Shown in pieces: positions 29,699-40,675 of a stretch of DNA of 64,000 bases. Under the pieces are notes generated by a model. That model did not search any database, was not told the origin of the DNA, and saw nothing but the letters and a program-made list of their open reading frames with translations. This DNA is from an uncultured cyanobacterium (GTDB lineage Bacteria > Cyanobacteriota > Cyanobacteriia > Cyanobacteriales > CAWUOF01). Made by a program: the position numbers and the translations under genes. How positions within the stretch are numbered: the first letter of the stretch is position 1; every line of letters begins with the position of its first letter. The stretch is from the NCBI GenBank assembly GCA_963744145.1, contig CAVUSO010000001.1, positions 7,136,001 to 7,200,000 on the forward strand, given 5' to 3'.

Positions 29699-32644
29699 AT
29701 GACTAGAAGATTGATTGAAGATTGGTTACCTGCGGCAGCGATCGGTGAAGAAAGTGTTCGAGAGCGTCGCTCAATGACATCTTTACCTCCAATATACTAT
29801 CTTCATGTCTGGTTTGCGCGTCGTCCCCTTATCGCTTCTCGTGCAGCGATTCTTGCTTCTTTATTACCTGCGGATGCCGATCGCACTAAATTTATGCACA
29901 TTCTCGGTATTCATGGTGATCCTGTAGCTAGTCGGAGAAGAATTGATCAAGCTAAAAGAACAGGCGATCGCTTTGAAGGTCAAGCATATTCATATTCCCG
30001 TGCATTTAGTTACAATTCAACAAAAGAAGAAAAAGAATGGTTTATTACTGAGTTGGCAAAACTAGGAATTGAGAATCCTAGCGTACTTGATCCGACTGCT
30101 GGTGGTGGTAGCATACCTTTTGAAGCAAGTCGATTAGGATTAGCGGCGTTTGCAAATGACTTAAATCCTGTAGCAGCAACGATTCTTAAAGCAACTATCG
30201 AATTTCCTCAAACACACGGAGTTAAACTTTTAGAAGAGTTTGAAAGACTATCAAAAAAGTTTATTGAACGCAGAGAAGAAAGATTAACGCCGTTTTATCC
30301 TAAAGAACCAAAACCAAATTGTATTGGTACAAATTATATTTTCGCTCGAACAATTAAATGTCCTTATTGTGATGGATTAGTGCCACTTTCACCCAATTGG
30401 CGACTTGCACCTGATGGGACGGGCGTAAAACTTAAACCTAATTTAGAAACCCGGATCTGTGATTTTGAAATTGTCTATAAGATCAAAGACCAATCCGCAG
30501 GTACTGTTAAAGGTGGTGATGCGATGTGTTGCTATTCTGATTGTGGTAGAGCGATCGCTGGTGATGATGTGAAGCGTCAGGCACAAGCTGGGGGAATGGG
30601 CGATCAACTTTTTGCAGTAGTTTACAAAGAACGAATAGAAACTACAACCAAAAGCGGAAAACGTGGCAAAGATAAATGGAATCGTGGCTATCGCGCTCCT
30701 TTGGCTAATGATGACAATGTGGAAGAGATTAAAGTAAGACTTGCTGATAAGTTGATTGAATGGGAAGCACTAGACTTTATTCCAGCGGAGATACTACCGT
30801 TAGATACTGAATCTTGGATGCACGGTAATACACCTGTTCAGTATGAAGGAGCAAAAAGATTTACAGACCTATTTTCCCCTAGACAATTACTTTGTCATGG
30901 TATAAGTGTAGAAGTTTTTAGAGAAATTCTTGAAGAAGAGGAACAAAAAGGAACACTTGAAGAAGCAACTAAAGCAGCTTTTGTTTATTTAAGTTTTGCG
31001 ATCGATAAAATGCTTAACTACAATTCTCATTCTGGGCGTTGGGATATATCAACTGCCAGAGTTAGGTCTATTTTTGATCGGCATGATTTTGCTTTCGTAT
31101 GGTCTTATGCAGAAATGGCTCCCTTAATCGTCGGTCTAGGTTATGATTGGGCTATAGAACAAACAGGCAAATGTATAGAAGAATTAATCGAACTAACCCG
31201 TCCAGACATCGACATCAAAGCAGCAAAAAGTAAAGCAATCAATCCCAACTTATTTGAGTCAATCAAACCAAGAGCATCAACCACTATCACCTGTAAATCA
31301 GCCGATAATCTTGATCATATTCAAGATGAATTCATCGATGCAATTATCATCGATCCGCCTTACTACGATAACGTCATGTATGCCGAACTGAGCGACTTCT
31401 TTTATGTGTGGCTCAAACGCACAGCAGGCTATGTTTATCCCGAATTTTTCACCAGACAACTCACCGACAAAGAAAACGAAGCCGTAGCAAATCCTGCCAA
31501 ATTTCAAGGACAAAAAGGCGCAAAAGCCCTAGCAGCCAAAGACTATCAACAACGCATGGCAACAATTTTCACCGAATGTCGGCGAGTCCTCAAACCAGAA
31601 GGTATCCTCACTCTCATGTTTACCCACAAAGCCCAGGGCGCATGGGATGCTCTCGCATCAGGATTATTAGAAGCAGGATTTATCATCACCGCATCATGGG
31701 CAGTAAATACCGAAGCAGAAGGAAGCTTACACATCAAAGATAAAGCTGCTGCCAAAAGTACCATCTTTCTAGTTTGCCGCCCCCGTCCCCCCAAAACCGC
31801 AGATACAGAGATCCTTTACTGGGAAGACATCGAGCCACAAGTTGCAGCCAAAGTGCGATCGCGCGTCGGTGAATTTCAGAAAGGAGGAATCAAAGGAGTT
31901 GACCTATATCTCTCCTGTTTCGGTCCTGCATTGCAAGTTCTCTCCGAACATTTCCCACTGAAACGCGGCACTCCAAAAGTCCAAATTATCAAGAAAACAC
32001 GCCAAAAAGACACCCTAGAAGAACCAACCGATCCCTACGCAGTCACCCCAGAAGATGCTCTAGATTCAGCCAGAAGAGAAGTAAAACGTTGGCGAATGGA
32101 ACAACTACTGGGAACAAAACGCCAAAATAATCTTGATGCGATCACCGAATGGTTTGTCTTAGCCTGGGATGCTTTCGAGTCACCCCGATTCCCCTACGAT
32201 GAAGGTTTACGACTCGCTCGTGTAGTTGGAGTTGATCTCGATCGCGAGATCATCGGTCACATTGCGGAAAAGAAAGCCAGCGACATTCAACTCTGGGATA
32301 GTGCCCAACGCGGTGCCAAAGGACAACTCGGTGCAGCTGATGGAAGTAAATCTATGCTAGATGCAATCCATCATGCAGCCAATCGCGCTCGTACTCATGG
32401 ACTCGAAACAGCAAAGCAAATGCTCGAACAAAATAAAACAGATATAAATCCAGACTTTCATTCAGCTCTGCTTGCCATGTTAGAAGTATTACCAGTATCA
32501 AGTACCTATACCAAATTTGAAGAAGAAGAAGGACCCGTTGCTGAAGCAGCCCAAGACTTTGATGTATTAGAAAACCTACGTCGCTTAATGTTTAGTGAAA
32601 AAGTTCCCCAGCCTAAGCAATTAGAAATTTGGTTAGAATTATAA
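29699..32644 (+). CDS. DUF1156 amino-DNA methyltransferase
   Basis: [24 protein letters not shown] (motif I), CPYC Zn ribbon, FSPRQL, DPPYYDN (motif IV). Confidence 0.92.
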   Translation: MTRRLIEDWLPAAAIGEESVRERRSMTSLPPIYYLHVWFARRPLIASRAAILASLLPADADRTKFMHILGIHGDPVASRRRIDQAKRTGDRFEGQAYSYSRAFSYNSTKEEKEWFITELAKLGIENPSVLDPTAGGGSIPFEASRLGLAAFANDLNPVAATILKATIEFPQTHGVKLLEEFERLSKKFIERREERLTPFYPKEPKPNCIGTNYIFARTIKCPYCDGLVPLSPNWRLAPDGTGVKLKPNLETRICDFEIVYKIKDQSAGTVKGGDAMCCYSDCGRAIAGDDVKRQAQAGGMGDQLFAVVYKERIETTTKSGKRGKDKWNRGYRAPLANDDNVEEIKVRLADKLIEWEALDFIPAEILPLDTESWMHGNTPVQYEGAKRFTDLFSPRQLLCHGISVEVFREILEEEEQKGTLEEATKAAFVYLSFAIDKMLNYNSHSGRWDISTARVRSIFDRHDFAFVWSYAEMAPLIVGLGYDWAIEQTGKCIEELIELTRPDIDIKAAKSKAINPNLFESIKPRASTTITCKSADNLDHIQDEFIDAIIIDPPYYDNVMYAELSDFFYVWLKRTAGYVYPEFFTRQLTDKENEAVANPAKFQGQKGAKALAAKDYQQRMATIFTECRRVLKPEGILTLMFTHKAQGAWDALASGLLEAGFIITASWAVNTEAEGSLHIKDKAAAKSTIFLVCRPRPPKTADTEILYWEDIEPQVAAKVRSRVGEFQKGGIKGVDLYLSCFGPALQVLSEHFPLKRGTPKVQIIKKTRQKDTLEEPTDPYAVTPEDALDSARREVKRWRMEQLLGTKRQNNLDAITEWFVLAWDAFESPRFPYDEGLRLARVVGVDLDREIIGHIAEKKASDIQLWDSAQRGAKGQLGAADGSKSMLDAIHHAANRARTHGLETAKQMLEQNKTDINPDFHSALLAMLEVLPVSSTYTKFEEEEGPVAEAAQDFDVLENLRRLMFSEKVPQPKQLEIWLEL

Positions 32645-32969
32645 TACACCATATTCCATAGACCGCTGACAAAAATAACCAGGTCGATTGAAAATTGATT
32701 GAGCGGAGTCGAAATCAAGGGCTGTTTTAATTCCCTTCACATTGCCCCCTTCGGCTACGCTCAGGCTACACTTCGACTACGCCCAGGGCACAGGGCACGC
32801 ACAGGGCACGCTCTAGGGTATTAATTCTGAACCGTGGGTTGTCCACAGAGGGAGGATATTGTTTGAAATATTCGGGTATTTAGACAATATTTTATTTTAC
32901 GTAAACCTTTATTGAATAAGGATTTAGAGTGAAAATGTAAAATAAGTAATATTTGGTTATCTTGTGCTA

Positions 32970-32999
32970 TTGACAAATAACGTAAAATAGGTTTAAAGT
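32970..32999 (+). promoter_or_regulatory. Putative sigma70 promoter with ACGTAAAATA box
   Basis: TTGACA-18 nt-TAAAGT; the spacer box ACGTAAAATA is inverted at 32893-32902 and has a variant at 32935-32944. Confidence 0.5.
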
Positions 33000-33068
33000 A
33001 TGTAACAAGTAATTTTAGTGAAATAGTTGCACAAGATGCTTGGATCACATAGTTAAAAGGAAAGACCC

Positions 33069-33509
33069 GTGAGTTCTTATAAGCAACTCCCACTATCGGA
33101 TCTAAGAGAAAGTTTGCCCAAGTTTAAACGTCAAGTCCAGCTTGGGATGAAAAGAATTGCAGCTACTTACTATGGTCAAGTAGTTGGGTTCTTAGTTCCT
33201 CTCAAGGATCTGGAAGAAGCCGAAAAAGATGGCGCTATTAATAATAGTGAAGAAATGTCTCTATCAGAGTTTCGGTTGCATTTGACAGAATGCTGGGAGC
33301 GACTACAGCTTGATGTTGACTGTATTTATGTCACTTATCACACACGTAGAGCTGTGGCATTTCTTAGTCCTCGTCTTGCTAATTATCTTTTAATACCGAT
33401 TTCCGAAGTTGCTTACAAACTTCTTGCTATTGATAGTGGTCTAATTGAAACATCCAATTTAGTAGTTAAAGATAATAGTTTGATTGAAATAATCAATAAG
33501 GAGACTTGA
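33069..33509 (+). CDS. Tandem Phd/YefM-like antitoxin
   Basis: Two repeats: LPLSDLRESL...RIAATYYGQVVGFLVP and MSLSEFRLHL...CIYVTYHTRRAVAFLSP. Confidence 0.65.
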   Translation: MSSYKQLPLSDLRESLPKFKRQVQLGMKRIAATYYGQVVGFLVPLKDLEEAEKDGAINNSEEMSLSEFRLHLTECWERLQLDVDCIYVTYHTRRAVAFLSPRLANYLLIPISEVAYKLLAIDSGLIETSNLVVKDNSLIEIINKET

Positions 33510-33512
33510 TTT

Positions 33513-34403
33513 ATGTCTAAGTTTACAATTTTAGTTGATCAGGAAACTCAAGAAAAAATAAACAATCCTGAGAAATATTTTCCTCCCGAAGCTTGTGCCG
33601 AGATAAAATATTTTATCCAGATACTTGAAAGAGATGGTCAATTAACCAAAACAGATTTTTACGACATTAATACTAATAAAATCAGCGGGGTAGCTGTTAA
33701 CTTATTTTATAGAGTTAATTTTACTAAGAATCAGGTATTGATAATTGATATAAAGGTAAAATCTACTGATATTTTAAAACAAAGATTTCAAATTAATGAT
33801 GATTACAATGATCAAGATGTTTTGGATAAAATTCCGCAATACGATCAACCTAAAAAGATAATTAAAGCTATTATTTTGATAGATAAAGGGGTAAAAGATT
33901 CCTATAACTTAGGTTGTGAGTTAGGTCATAAAGCCAAGAAAGAAAAAGATATTGCACGGCATGGACAGTATGCAATGCAAGCTTTAGAGCAACTTGACTT
34001 AATTACAAGGATAAAAATAGAGAAAGTTCGTAAACTAGAACCTAAGTTGACTGAAAAAGGGAAGTTAATTGTTAATGCACCTAATGAGGATTTAAGATGC
34101 AGGTTGCTTATTGAAGCGATGCTAAAGTATCATCCTGTTTGGAAAATTCTTGTGGCTGTTTCTAAAAATGAAGATCAACCTCACAATAATATGATCCTAA
34201 ATGATGAATTAGTTAAAAATCTTATTTTCCCAAAAGAACTACATGGAGCTGATACGACTAATCGGCGATCGCAGACTTTAAAAAATTGGATTAAGTGGAT
34301 TTGTAAATTTTCTGGAATTCCTATTTATGTTAATGAACATAGTGTCCAACTTCCTATTCCAATGTTATTTGCTGAAAGTACGATAAATGAAGATGAATGT
34401 TAA
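33513..34403 (+). CDS. RelE-like N-terminal domain fused to a winged-helix domain
   Basis: N-term ...LFYRVNFTKNQVLIIDIK; C-term IPQYD...RHGQY..ALEQLDLI...LTEKGK...TTNRRSQTLKNWIKWI. Confidence 0.55.
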   Translation: MSKFTILVDQETQEKINNPEKYFPPEACAEIKYFIQILERDGQLTKTDFYDINTNKISGVAVNLFYRVNFTKNQVLIIDIKVKSTDILKQRFQINDDYNDQDVLDKIPQYDQPKKIIKAIILIDKGVKDSYNLGCELGHKAKKEKDIARHGQYAMQALEQLDLITRIKIEKVRKLEPKLTEKGKLIVNAPNEDLRCRLLIEAMLKYHPVWKILVAVSKNEDQPHNNMILNDELVKNLIFPKELHGADTTNRRSQTLKNWIKWICKFSGIPIYVNEHSVQLPIPMLFAESTINEDEC

Positions 34404-34618
34404 TATAAAAAAAACATATTCTTCTAAATGTGTAAGCACTCTAAAATTATAGCGATCGCGGACATTTTTAATACAAATATCTGTTAGTGATCGCTATTAA
34501 TATTGATGAAAAATACCCTTATTTTATAATTCAAAAAAGAATTCACAAACAGTTTATTAAGTTAGTTTAAAATAAATCTTTTAATCTATAAAAACAATCT
34601 GAACATGGAACTAATATT

Positions 34619-35128
34619 ATGGCATACTTAAAATACAATGGAGTTCAAATAGTGATTAATGATGAGAAAGTTTGCGTTACAGATATTTACAATGCAGCGG
34701 GAAAAATTCCTAATAAAGCACCTACTAATTTTAAAAATTCTAAACAAGGGATAAGCGAAATAAAAAAGTATGAACGTAAATATGGAACAATAGTATGGGT
34801 AAGTAAAACAGGTGTAAATACAATAGCAAGATTTGAAATTGGTGCTGCATATCTAAACTATCTTGGTGATCACATAGCTGCAAAAAAACTATTAGAAGTT
34901 GGTGAAACAGGTAAAAATATTGAATACAATAATCAATCTAATTTCCAATCTTATAATCAATTCACCAAGTCTTCAATTCAATCTTCTTCATCTACTAATA
35001 TATTCAATATTATCTTGGGAATAGTAGGAATATTAGTTATTTTATCATTATTATTTAGTAAAAAAGAAGAAAATCATCAACAACCTTATCAATACAAACA
35101 AGAAAATATCGCGCCAGATACTAATTAG
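34619..35128 (+). CDS. KilA-N-like domain protein with C-terminal TM helix
   Basis: YNGVQI...VTDIYNAAG..NKAPTNFKNSKQ...EIGAAYLNYL, followed by IFNIILGIVGILVILSLLF. Confidence 0.6.
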   Translation: MAYLKYNGVQIVINDEKVCVTDIYNAAGKIPNKAPTNFKNSKQGISEIKKYERKYGTIVWVSKTGVNTIARFEIGAAYLNYLGDHIAAKKLLEVGETGKNIEYNNQSNFQSYNQFTKSSIQSSSSTNIFNIILGIVGILVILSLLFSKKEENHQQPYQYKQENIAPDTN

Positions 35129-35368
35129 TTTTGTTTATCACTATTTCACAAAAGGTTGCCCCCATTTTTCCCACATCTGGCGATTAAAGGGCGATCGCGC
35201 TCCAACTGTCTCAACTATTATCGCATCTTAGAGAATATGGACAACTAGGGAATTTGGGGGGCGATCGCAGTATTCCCAGACAGAAGTAACTAATGGTAGA
35301 TGATCGCATTCTATCTAAATAAATTTTCTGCTATAATAACTTAATGCAAAATAACCGGAGTAATAGCT

Positions 35369-36211
35369 ATGGAAAAAGATACTATTAACACCTTAACTGA
35401 AAACTTTGAATCTCATGCTCAACAAACTGAAAACGGGATTGAATATTGGCTTGCCCGTGACCTTCAACATCTTTTAGGTTATTCAGAGTGGCGCAATTTT
35501 ACAGGAGTGATAACAAAAGCAAAAACTGCTTGTGAAGTTTCTAATTATGACACCTCAGACCATTTTGTTGACGTTACCAAAATGGTTGATCTTGGTTCAG
35601 GAGGTCAGCGAGAGATAGATGATCTAATGTTAACCCGTTATGCTTGCTATCTCATAGCTCAAAATGGAGATCCTCGTAAACAAGAAATAGCTTTTGCCCA
35701 AACCTATTTTGCTATCCAAACCAGAAAGGCAGAGTTAATCGAGCAAAGATTGTTAGAAGCTGAGAGGGTGTCAGCTAGAAAGAAACTATCAGAGACTGAA
35801 AAAGAGCTTTCTAAAGTGATCTACGAACAAACAGGAAGTGAGCGGGATTTTGCTTCAATCCGTAGTAAGGGAGATTCAGCGTTATTTGGTAAATCCACTA
35901 AAGCAATGAAAGCACAATGGAAAATACCTGATAATCGACCATTGGCAGACTTCGCACCAACCATTATTTTAAAAGCTAAGGATTTTGCAGCTGAGATTAC
36001 TATTTTTAATTCAAGAGAAAATCAATTGAATACAGAGCCAGCTATTTCTAGGGAACATATCACTAATAATCAAGCTGTTCGAGATACATTATTGCAAAGA
36101 GGTATTCGTCCGGAGACTTTACCACCTGCGGAAGATGTGAAGAAAGTTGAACGTCGTCTTGCTTCAGAGGTGAAAAAATCTATGAAAAATCCTGATGCTC
36201 TTGAGTCTTAG
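35369..36211 (+). CDS. dinD: DNA damage-inducible protein D (BRO-N-like)
   Basis: EYWLARDLQHLLGYSEWRNF, LTRYACYLIAQNGDPRK, FAQTYFAIQTR, LPPAEDVKKVERRL. Confidence 0.92.
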   Translation: MEKDTINTLTENFESHAQQTENGIEYWLARDLQHLLGYSEWRNFTGVITKAKTACEVSNYDTSDHFVDVTKMVDLGSGGQREIDDLMLTRYACYLIAQNGDPRKQEIAFAQTYFAIQTRKAELIEQRLLEAERVSARKKLSETEKELSKVIYEQTGSERDFASIRSKGDSALFGKSTKAMKAQWKIPDNRPLADFAPTIILKAKDFAAEITIFNSRENQLNTEPAISREHITNNQAVRDTLLQRGIRPETLPPAEDVKKVERRLASEVKKSMKNPDALES

Positions 36212-36294
36212 TTAATCATAAATCTGGCACCAAAGAGAGATATTTATACCTTTGTTAAAATGAGCTTTAGGAAGTTTTAAGTACCTTAAAAACT

Positions 36295-39200
36295 ATGAGT
36301 CTATTATCAGACTACCAATGGCATACTAAATATGACTCTGATAGTGTCAGTCTCATTCAAGAATTCTATGAACCTGCCCTTAGTTGTGCTGTGCGCTACG
36401 ATCGCTCTACAGGTTTTTTCTCAGCTAAACTCCTCACTCTGGCGGCACGAAGTATTGAAAACCTAGTCCACAATAATGGAAAGATGCGGTTGGTAATTGG
36501 CTGCACTATCTCGGAAGCGGAAGTTAATGCGATTGAAAAAGGTGAAAGACTTCGTGATGTAGTTGATCGTCGCATGACCGCATTTCCTCTTGATCCGCGA
36601 TCGCCCTATGAAATCGAAGCTCTAGAGCTATTATCCTGGATGATTGCCCAAGAATATCTAGATATTAAACTTGCATTACCATGTAACTTTCGCGATCGCA
36701 AACCGATTGTCTCATCTGGGATTTTTCATGAGAAAGCTGGCATTATTGAAGACCGTATTGGTAATCGTTTAGCCTTTAATGGTAGCATCAATGAAACAGC
36801 TATGGGTTGGCAGGGGAATTGGGAAAGTTTTCATGTTTTTACTGACTGGACAGGTAGTAAATTCCATGTAGATGATGAAGAAAATAGTTTTGGTAAACTT
36901 TGGAATAATCAAGCAAAACGCTGTCTGGTTATCGATGTTCCTACGGCTATGCGAGAGCAATTATTGAGATTTTTACCGACGGATGATCAACCTCACCGAC
37001 TCAAAGTTAATGATTCTCCCCCAGTTGTTCCACCTCAAATTAACCAAATACCTAAAATCCTCAACCCTGAAATTGATGATATTAGTGAAAAGTTTAAACA
37101 GGTTTGGCAAATTATTCATCATGGAGCATCTTGCAAGGGTAGAGGCGATCGCATTGGTGAAGCTACTGCCAATATTAAGCCATTTCCTCATCAAATTAAA
37201 GCTTTTGGGCGTCTCTACGATCACTATCCACCGAAACTCCTAATTGCTGATGAAGTTGGGCTTGGTAAAACTATTGAAGCTGGATTATTACTTAGACAAG
37301 CATGGCTTTCAGGTAAAGCAAAGCGAATCTTAATCCTAGCACCTAAATCTGTTCTTACCCAATGGCAAATTGAACTTCGCGAAAAATTTAACCTCAATAT
37401 TCCGATCTATGATGGTAAGAATCTTTGCTGGTATGATTGTCCAGCTTTACGGGTTTTCGGTCAAGGGATTGAAAAGTCTGTTAGTCGTCAAGAATGGCAC
37501 AAAGAATCAATCGTAATTGTTTCCAGTCATCTGATGCGAAGAAGCGATCGCGCTAAAGAATTATTAGAAGATGCAGAACCTTACGATTTAGTTTTTCTAG
37601 ATGAAGCACACCATGCACGAAGACAAGGTGATCAAGGTGCAAACCAACTCCTAAAACTCATGCAGCGACTAAAAGATCGAACTCAAGGTTTAGTGCTGCT
37701 GACTGCAACACCAATGCAAGTTGATCCAATCGAAGTTTGGGACTTATTAAACTTACTCGGATTACCAAATCTATGGAATAGTGATTACTTTCAGAAATTT
37801 TTTGAATATGCTAGTGCAAGTAATCCTAGTCATGAACAATTTGAGTTTATGGCACAATTGTTTCGAGCTGTCGAATCTTATTTTGGGGAAACAAGCATTG
37901 CATCAGTAATGCGTTATGTCAAAGATAGTAAACTTGCTGCCAAAACTATTTTAAAAGCACTCCGAGATGAAGCACAACTACCCAGAAGACAACTAAATAG
38001 TGAGCGTCGTCGGGCTGCGATCGCGATAATGAAAGCTAATACACCAGTCACAAAACTAATTTCTCGTCATACCCGTGAACTCCTCCGTCGCTACTACGAA
38101 GCAGGCAAAATTAGTAGTCGAATTGCTACCCGGATTGTTGAAGATGAATTTGTCAATCTTACTGCTAGTGAACGCACTCTTTACGAAGCAGTAGAAGATT
38201 ACATTTCAACTACTTACAACAACGCATCAACAGCAGAACGCAACGCTGTTGGTTTTGTGATGACTATTTATCGTCGTCGTCTTGCTAGTAGCTTTGCTGC
38301 TCTTACCCATACCCTCAGTATGAGGATTGAGAAAATTAACAACTCAAAGCAGATCAAAAATAATTTAAACCAGTTTGTCTTAATTGAAGATATCTCAGAC
38401 GATGAAACTGACGATGAAGTTATGGATACGGATACTGCAAACAAACTTGAGCAGGAAGCACTCAAACGCGAAGAAGTTTTGGAACTAGAATATCTGCGCG
38501 ATCGCATTCGTCAACTACCTACAGACACAAAAGCTAAAATACTCCTCAACAAGATTCAACAATTGCAAACCGAAGGTTACCAACAAGTCATCATCTTTAC
38601 CCAATACACCGACACCATGGACTTTTTGCGTAAATTTCTATTGAAATCAGATCAACAAAGCTTAATTTGTTTTTCAGGTAGAGGTGGTGAAATAGCTAAC
38701 AGCGATCGCAGTTGGCGAAATATTTCACGGGATGAAACCAAACGGATATTTCGGGAAGGTAAAGCCGATATCTTACTTTGTACAGATGCGGCTGCTGAAG
38801 GTCTAAACTTTCAGTTTTGTGGCGCACTTATTAACTATGATATGCCTTGGAATCCCATGCGAGTGGAACAACGGATCGGTCGGATTGATCGATTAGGACA
38901 AACTTTTGCATCGATTAAAATTATTAACTTGCATTATCGCAATACGATCGAGACAGATGTTTAATTGCAAAATTCTTTTAATTGTTTTTGTACTGGCCTC
39001 AATTCCCCATTTTTCTTTGGCTTTTTCTACCACTTGTTTTAATTGTCTTGGTTCGGATTTTGTCCACTCTTTAATTTGGTTTTCTTGTTCAGAATTAAAT
39101 TTTGGTTTAGAGCCTCTACCTGATTGATTATATAATCCAACCATACTAGATGATTCCCATCGCCCAAACCAATTATAAATTGTTTTAGAGCTGACGTTGA

Positions 39201-39963
39201 AAATTTTCATCAACTCTGGGACTTTTACACCGTCGTTTGCTAAGATTAGGCAATGAGCTCTTTCGACGCACCTGGTGATGTCGGCTTTGATGATAAATTC
39301 GCTTTAGTAATTTAACGGAAAGGGGATTAATTTCTCGTAGAAATATCATTTTTTTAGTTAAATTTAAATTTCAACTCTTCAACCTTAACACATTATGTTA
39401 TTATTGTAAATAATTCTGTACAATTACTTATTGCTCTACGTGAGCGAATTGGATTGTTCTCAAAATATGTCGGTAAACTGCAACCAATCTTAGCAAATCT
39501 ACCTAAAAATATTGCCAGTATTGCCCTGAGCAGTCGCGAAGAGCGAGATCAACAACGCGATGAACTACTGAGTAATATTGATAAAAATCGTCGTCAAGCT
39601 GAAACTGATAGTTTCGATCTTGATGCTATTACCGAAGACGATCTCGAAGAACCAGTTAGAGCTGAGGCTTTTTACGACTTGGAAACCTTGGATTTACTCT
39701 TGCATTGTCCAAAATTTTTACCACCTGGTATCGAAGTAGAGCCGATGCAACCAGGCGAATATAAGTTCTCTATGCCAGGAATGAGGGAAACTATTCGCAT
39801 CACAACTAGAGCAGATTATTTTGACCAACATCCTGAAAGTGTTGAACTATGGTCATCTGGTAGCCCCTTGTTTCCTTTATTTGACCATGAAAATAAAATA
39901 GATGAGTTGCCTTTAATTGAACTAAATGAATTTTTCCAAAATTATATTTCACAATACTCCTGA
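36295..39963 (+). pseudogene. PLD nuclease-SNF2 helicase interrupted by an IS remnant
   Basis: HEKAGIIED..GSINET (PLD), ADEVGLGKT, DEAHH, TATP, QRIGRIDR. The frame stops at 38964 and resumes at 39430 (IALRERIGLFSKYVG...). Confidence 0.9.
38964..39430 (-). mobile_element. Truncated IS630-family element
   Basis: End TAAGTAATTGTACAGAATT; frameshifted HTH transposase N-terminus from ATG 39349 (VSSKTIYNWFGRW...GRGSKPK); no DDE domain. Confidence 0.85.
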
Positions 39964-40022
39964 CCTATAAACAATTTTCTCTCACCAAATTTTTCTGAAT
40001 ATGGCCTGAAATTAAATTGGGA

Positions 40023-40469
40023 TCAACTTTTTCCTATCGATAAGTGAACTTTTTTTTGCTTTAAAATTCGTCTGACTTGAGTCCCGCTCAGGTGAATCCC
40101 TGTTGCTTGATTCAAATGGAGTGCTAAACGTTCTCCTGTCCAACGGTCAAACTCATAGCCCAGAGATTTAGGTGCTGTATTGATCAGATTGATTAACAAT
40201 TGGATGTAATCTTCAGTAACTTTACGGTAGTTACCCTGTTCGCGCTTATCTCTCAGACTATCTAGGTCATCAGGATTACCATGTACACACCAATAGGCAA
40301 CTGTCCTGTATGAACAACCAATGAAATCAGCTATTTGTTCATAAGTTTTACCATCATTTTGCAATAACAACATCAAAACATGCTCTCGAAAATGAGGACA
40401 ATCACTATCCCGTAATGCTTGTTGGAGCAGTTTTTTTTGGACTAAAGTCAGAAAACCTTTGGCAGGCAT
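40023..40469 (-). CDS. IS630-like helix-turn-helix protein
   Basis: GKTYEQIADFIGCSYRTVAYW...PKSLGY...WTGERLA..L; no DDE domain. Confidence 0.75.
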   Translation of the reverse strand: MPAKGFLTLVQKKLLQQALRDSDCPHFREHVLMLLLQNDGKTYEQIADFIGCSYRTVAYWCVHGNPDDLDSLRDKREQGNYRKVTEDYIQLLINLINTAPKSLGYEFDRWTGERLALHLNQATGIHLSGTQVRRILKQKKVHLSIGKS

Positions 40470-40537
40470 AGTTAGGAGAATTTTCCCAAAGTAAGTTAAA
40501 CTTTATTTTATGCTATTTAGATGGGGTATATAGATAT

Positions 40538-40662
40538 TAGACCTCTTGCAAAAGTCCTTATTGATCTATGTTATTGACAGGCAAGATGCCTGTCCCACAA
40601 AAGTTATTTATTCTGGTGGGACAGGCATCTTGCCTGTCCTATTTATTTTTGCAAGAGGTCTA
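40538..40662. mobile_element. 125-bp MITE
   Basis: TAGACCTCTTGCAAAA...TTTTGCAAGAGGTCTA perfect TIR with an internal GACAGGCAAGATGCCTGTCCCAC inverted pair. Confidence 0.85.
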
Positions 40663-40675
40663 TTTGTCATCGATT

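Noticed and set aside
31298..31794. Short ORFs overlapping the methyltransferase (and similar antisense or alternate-frame ORFs elsewhere)
   Set aside because: Shadow ORFs inside well-supported genes, with no recognisable motifs.
21116..40000. Defence locus as a tRNA-integrated island or prophage
   Set aside because: No integrase, no duplicated tRNA 3' end seen, and a two-component pair lies in between.
40546..40675. N-terminal extension of RsmA and overlapping 69-aa ORF
   Set aside because: Derived from the 125-bp MITE.
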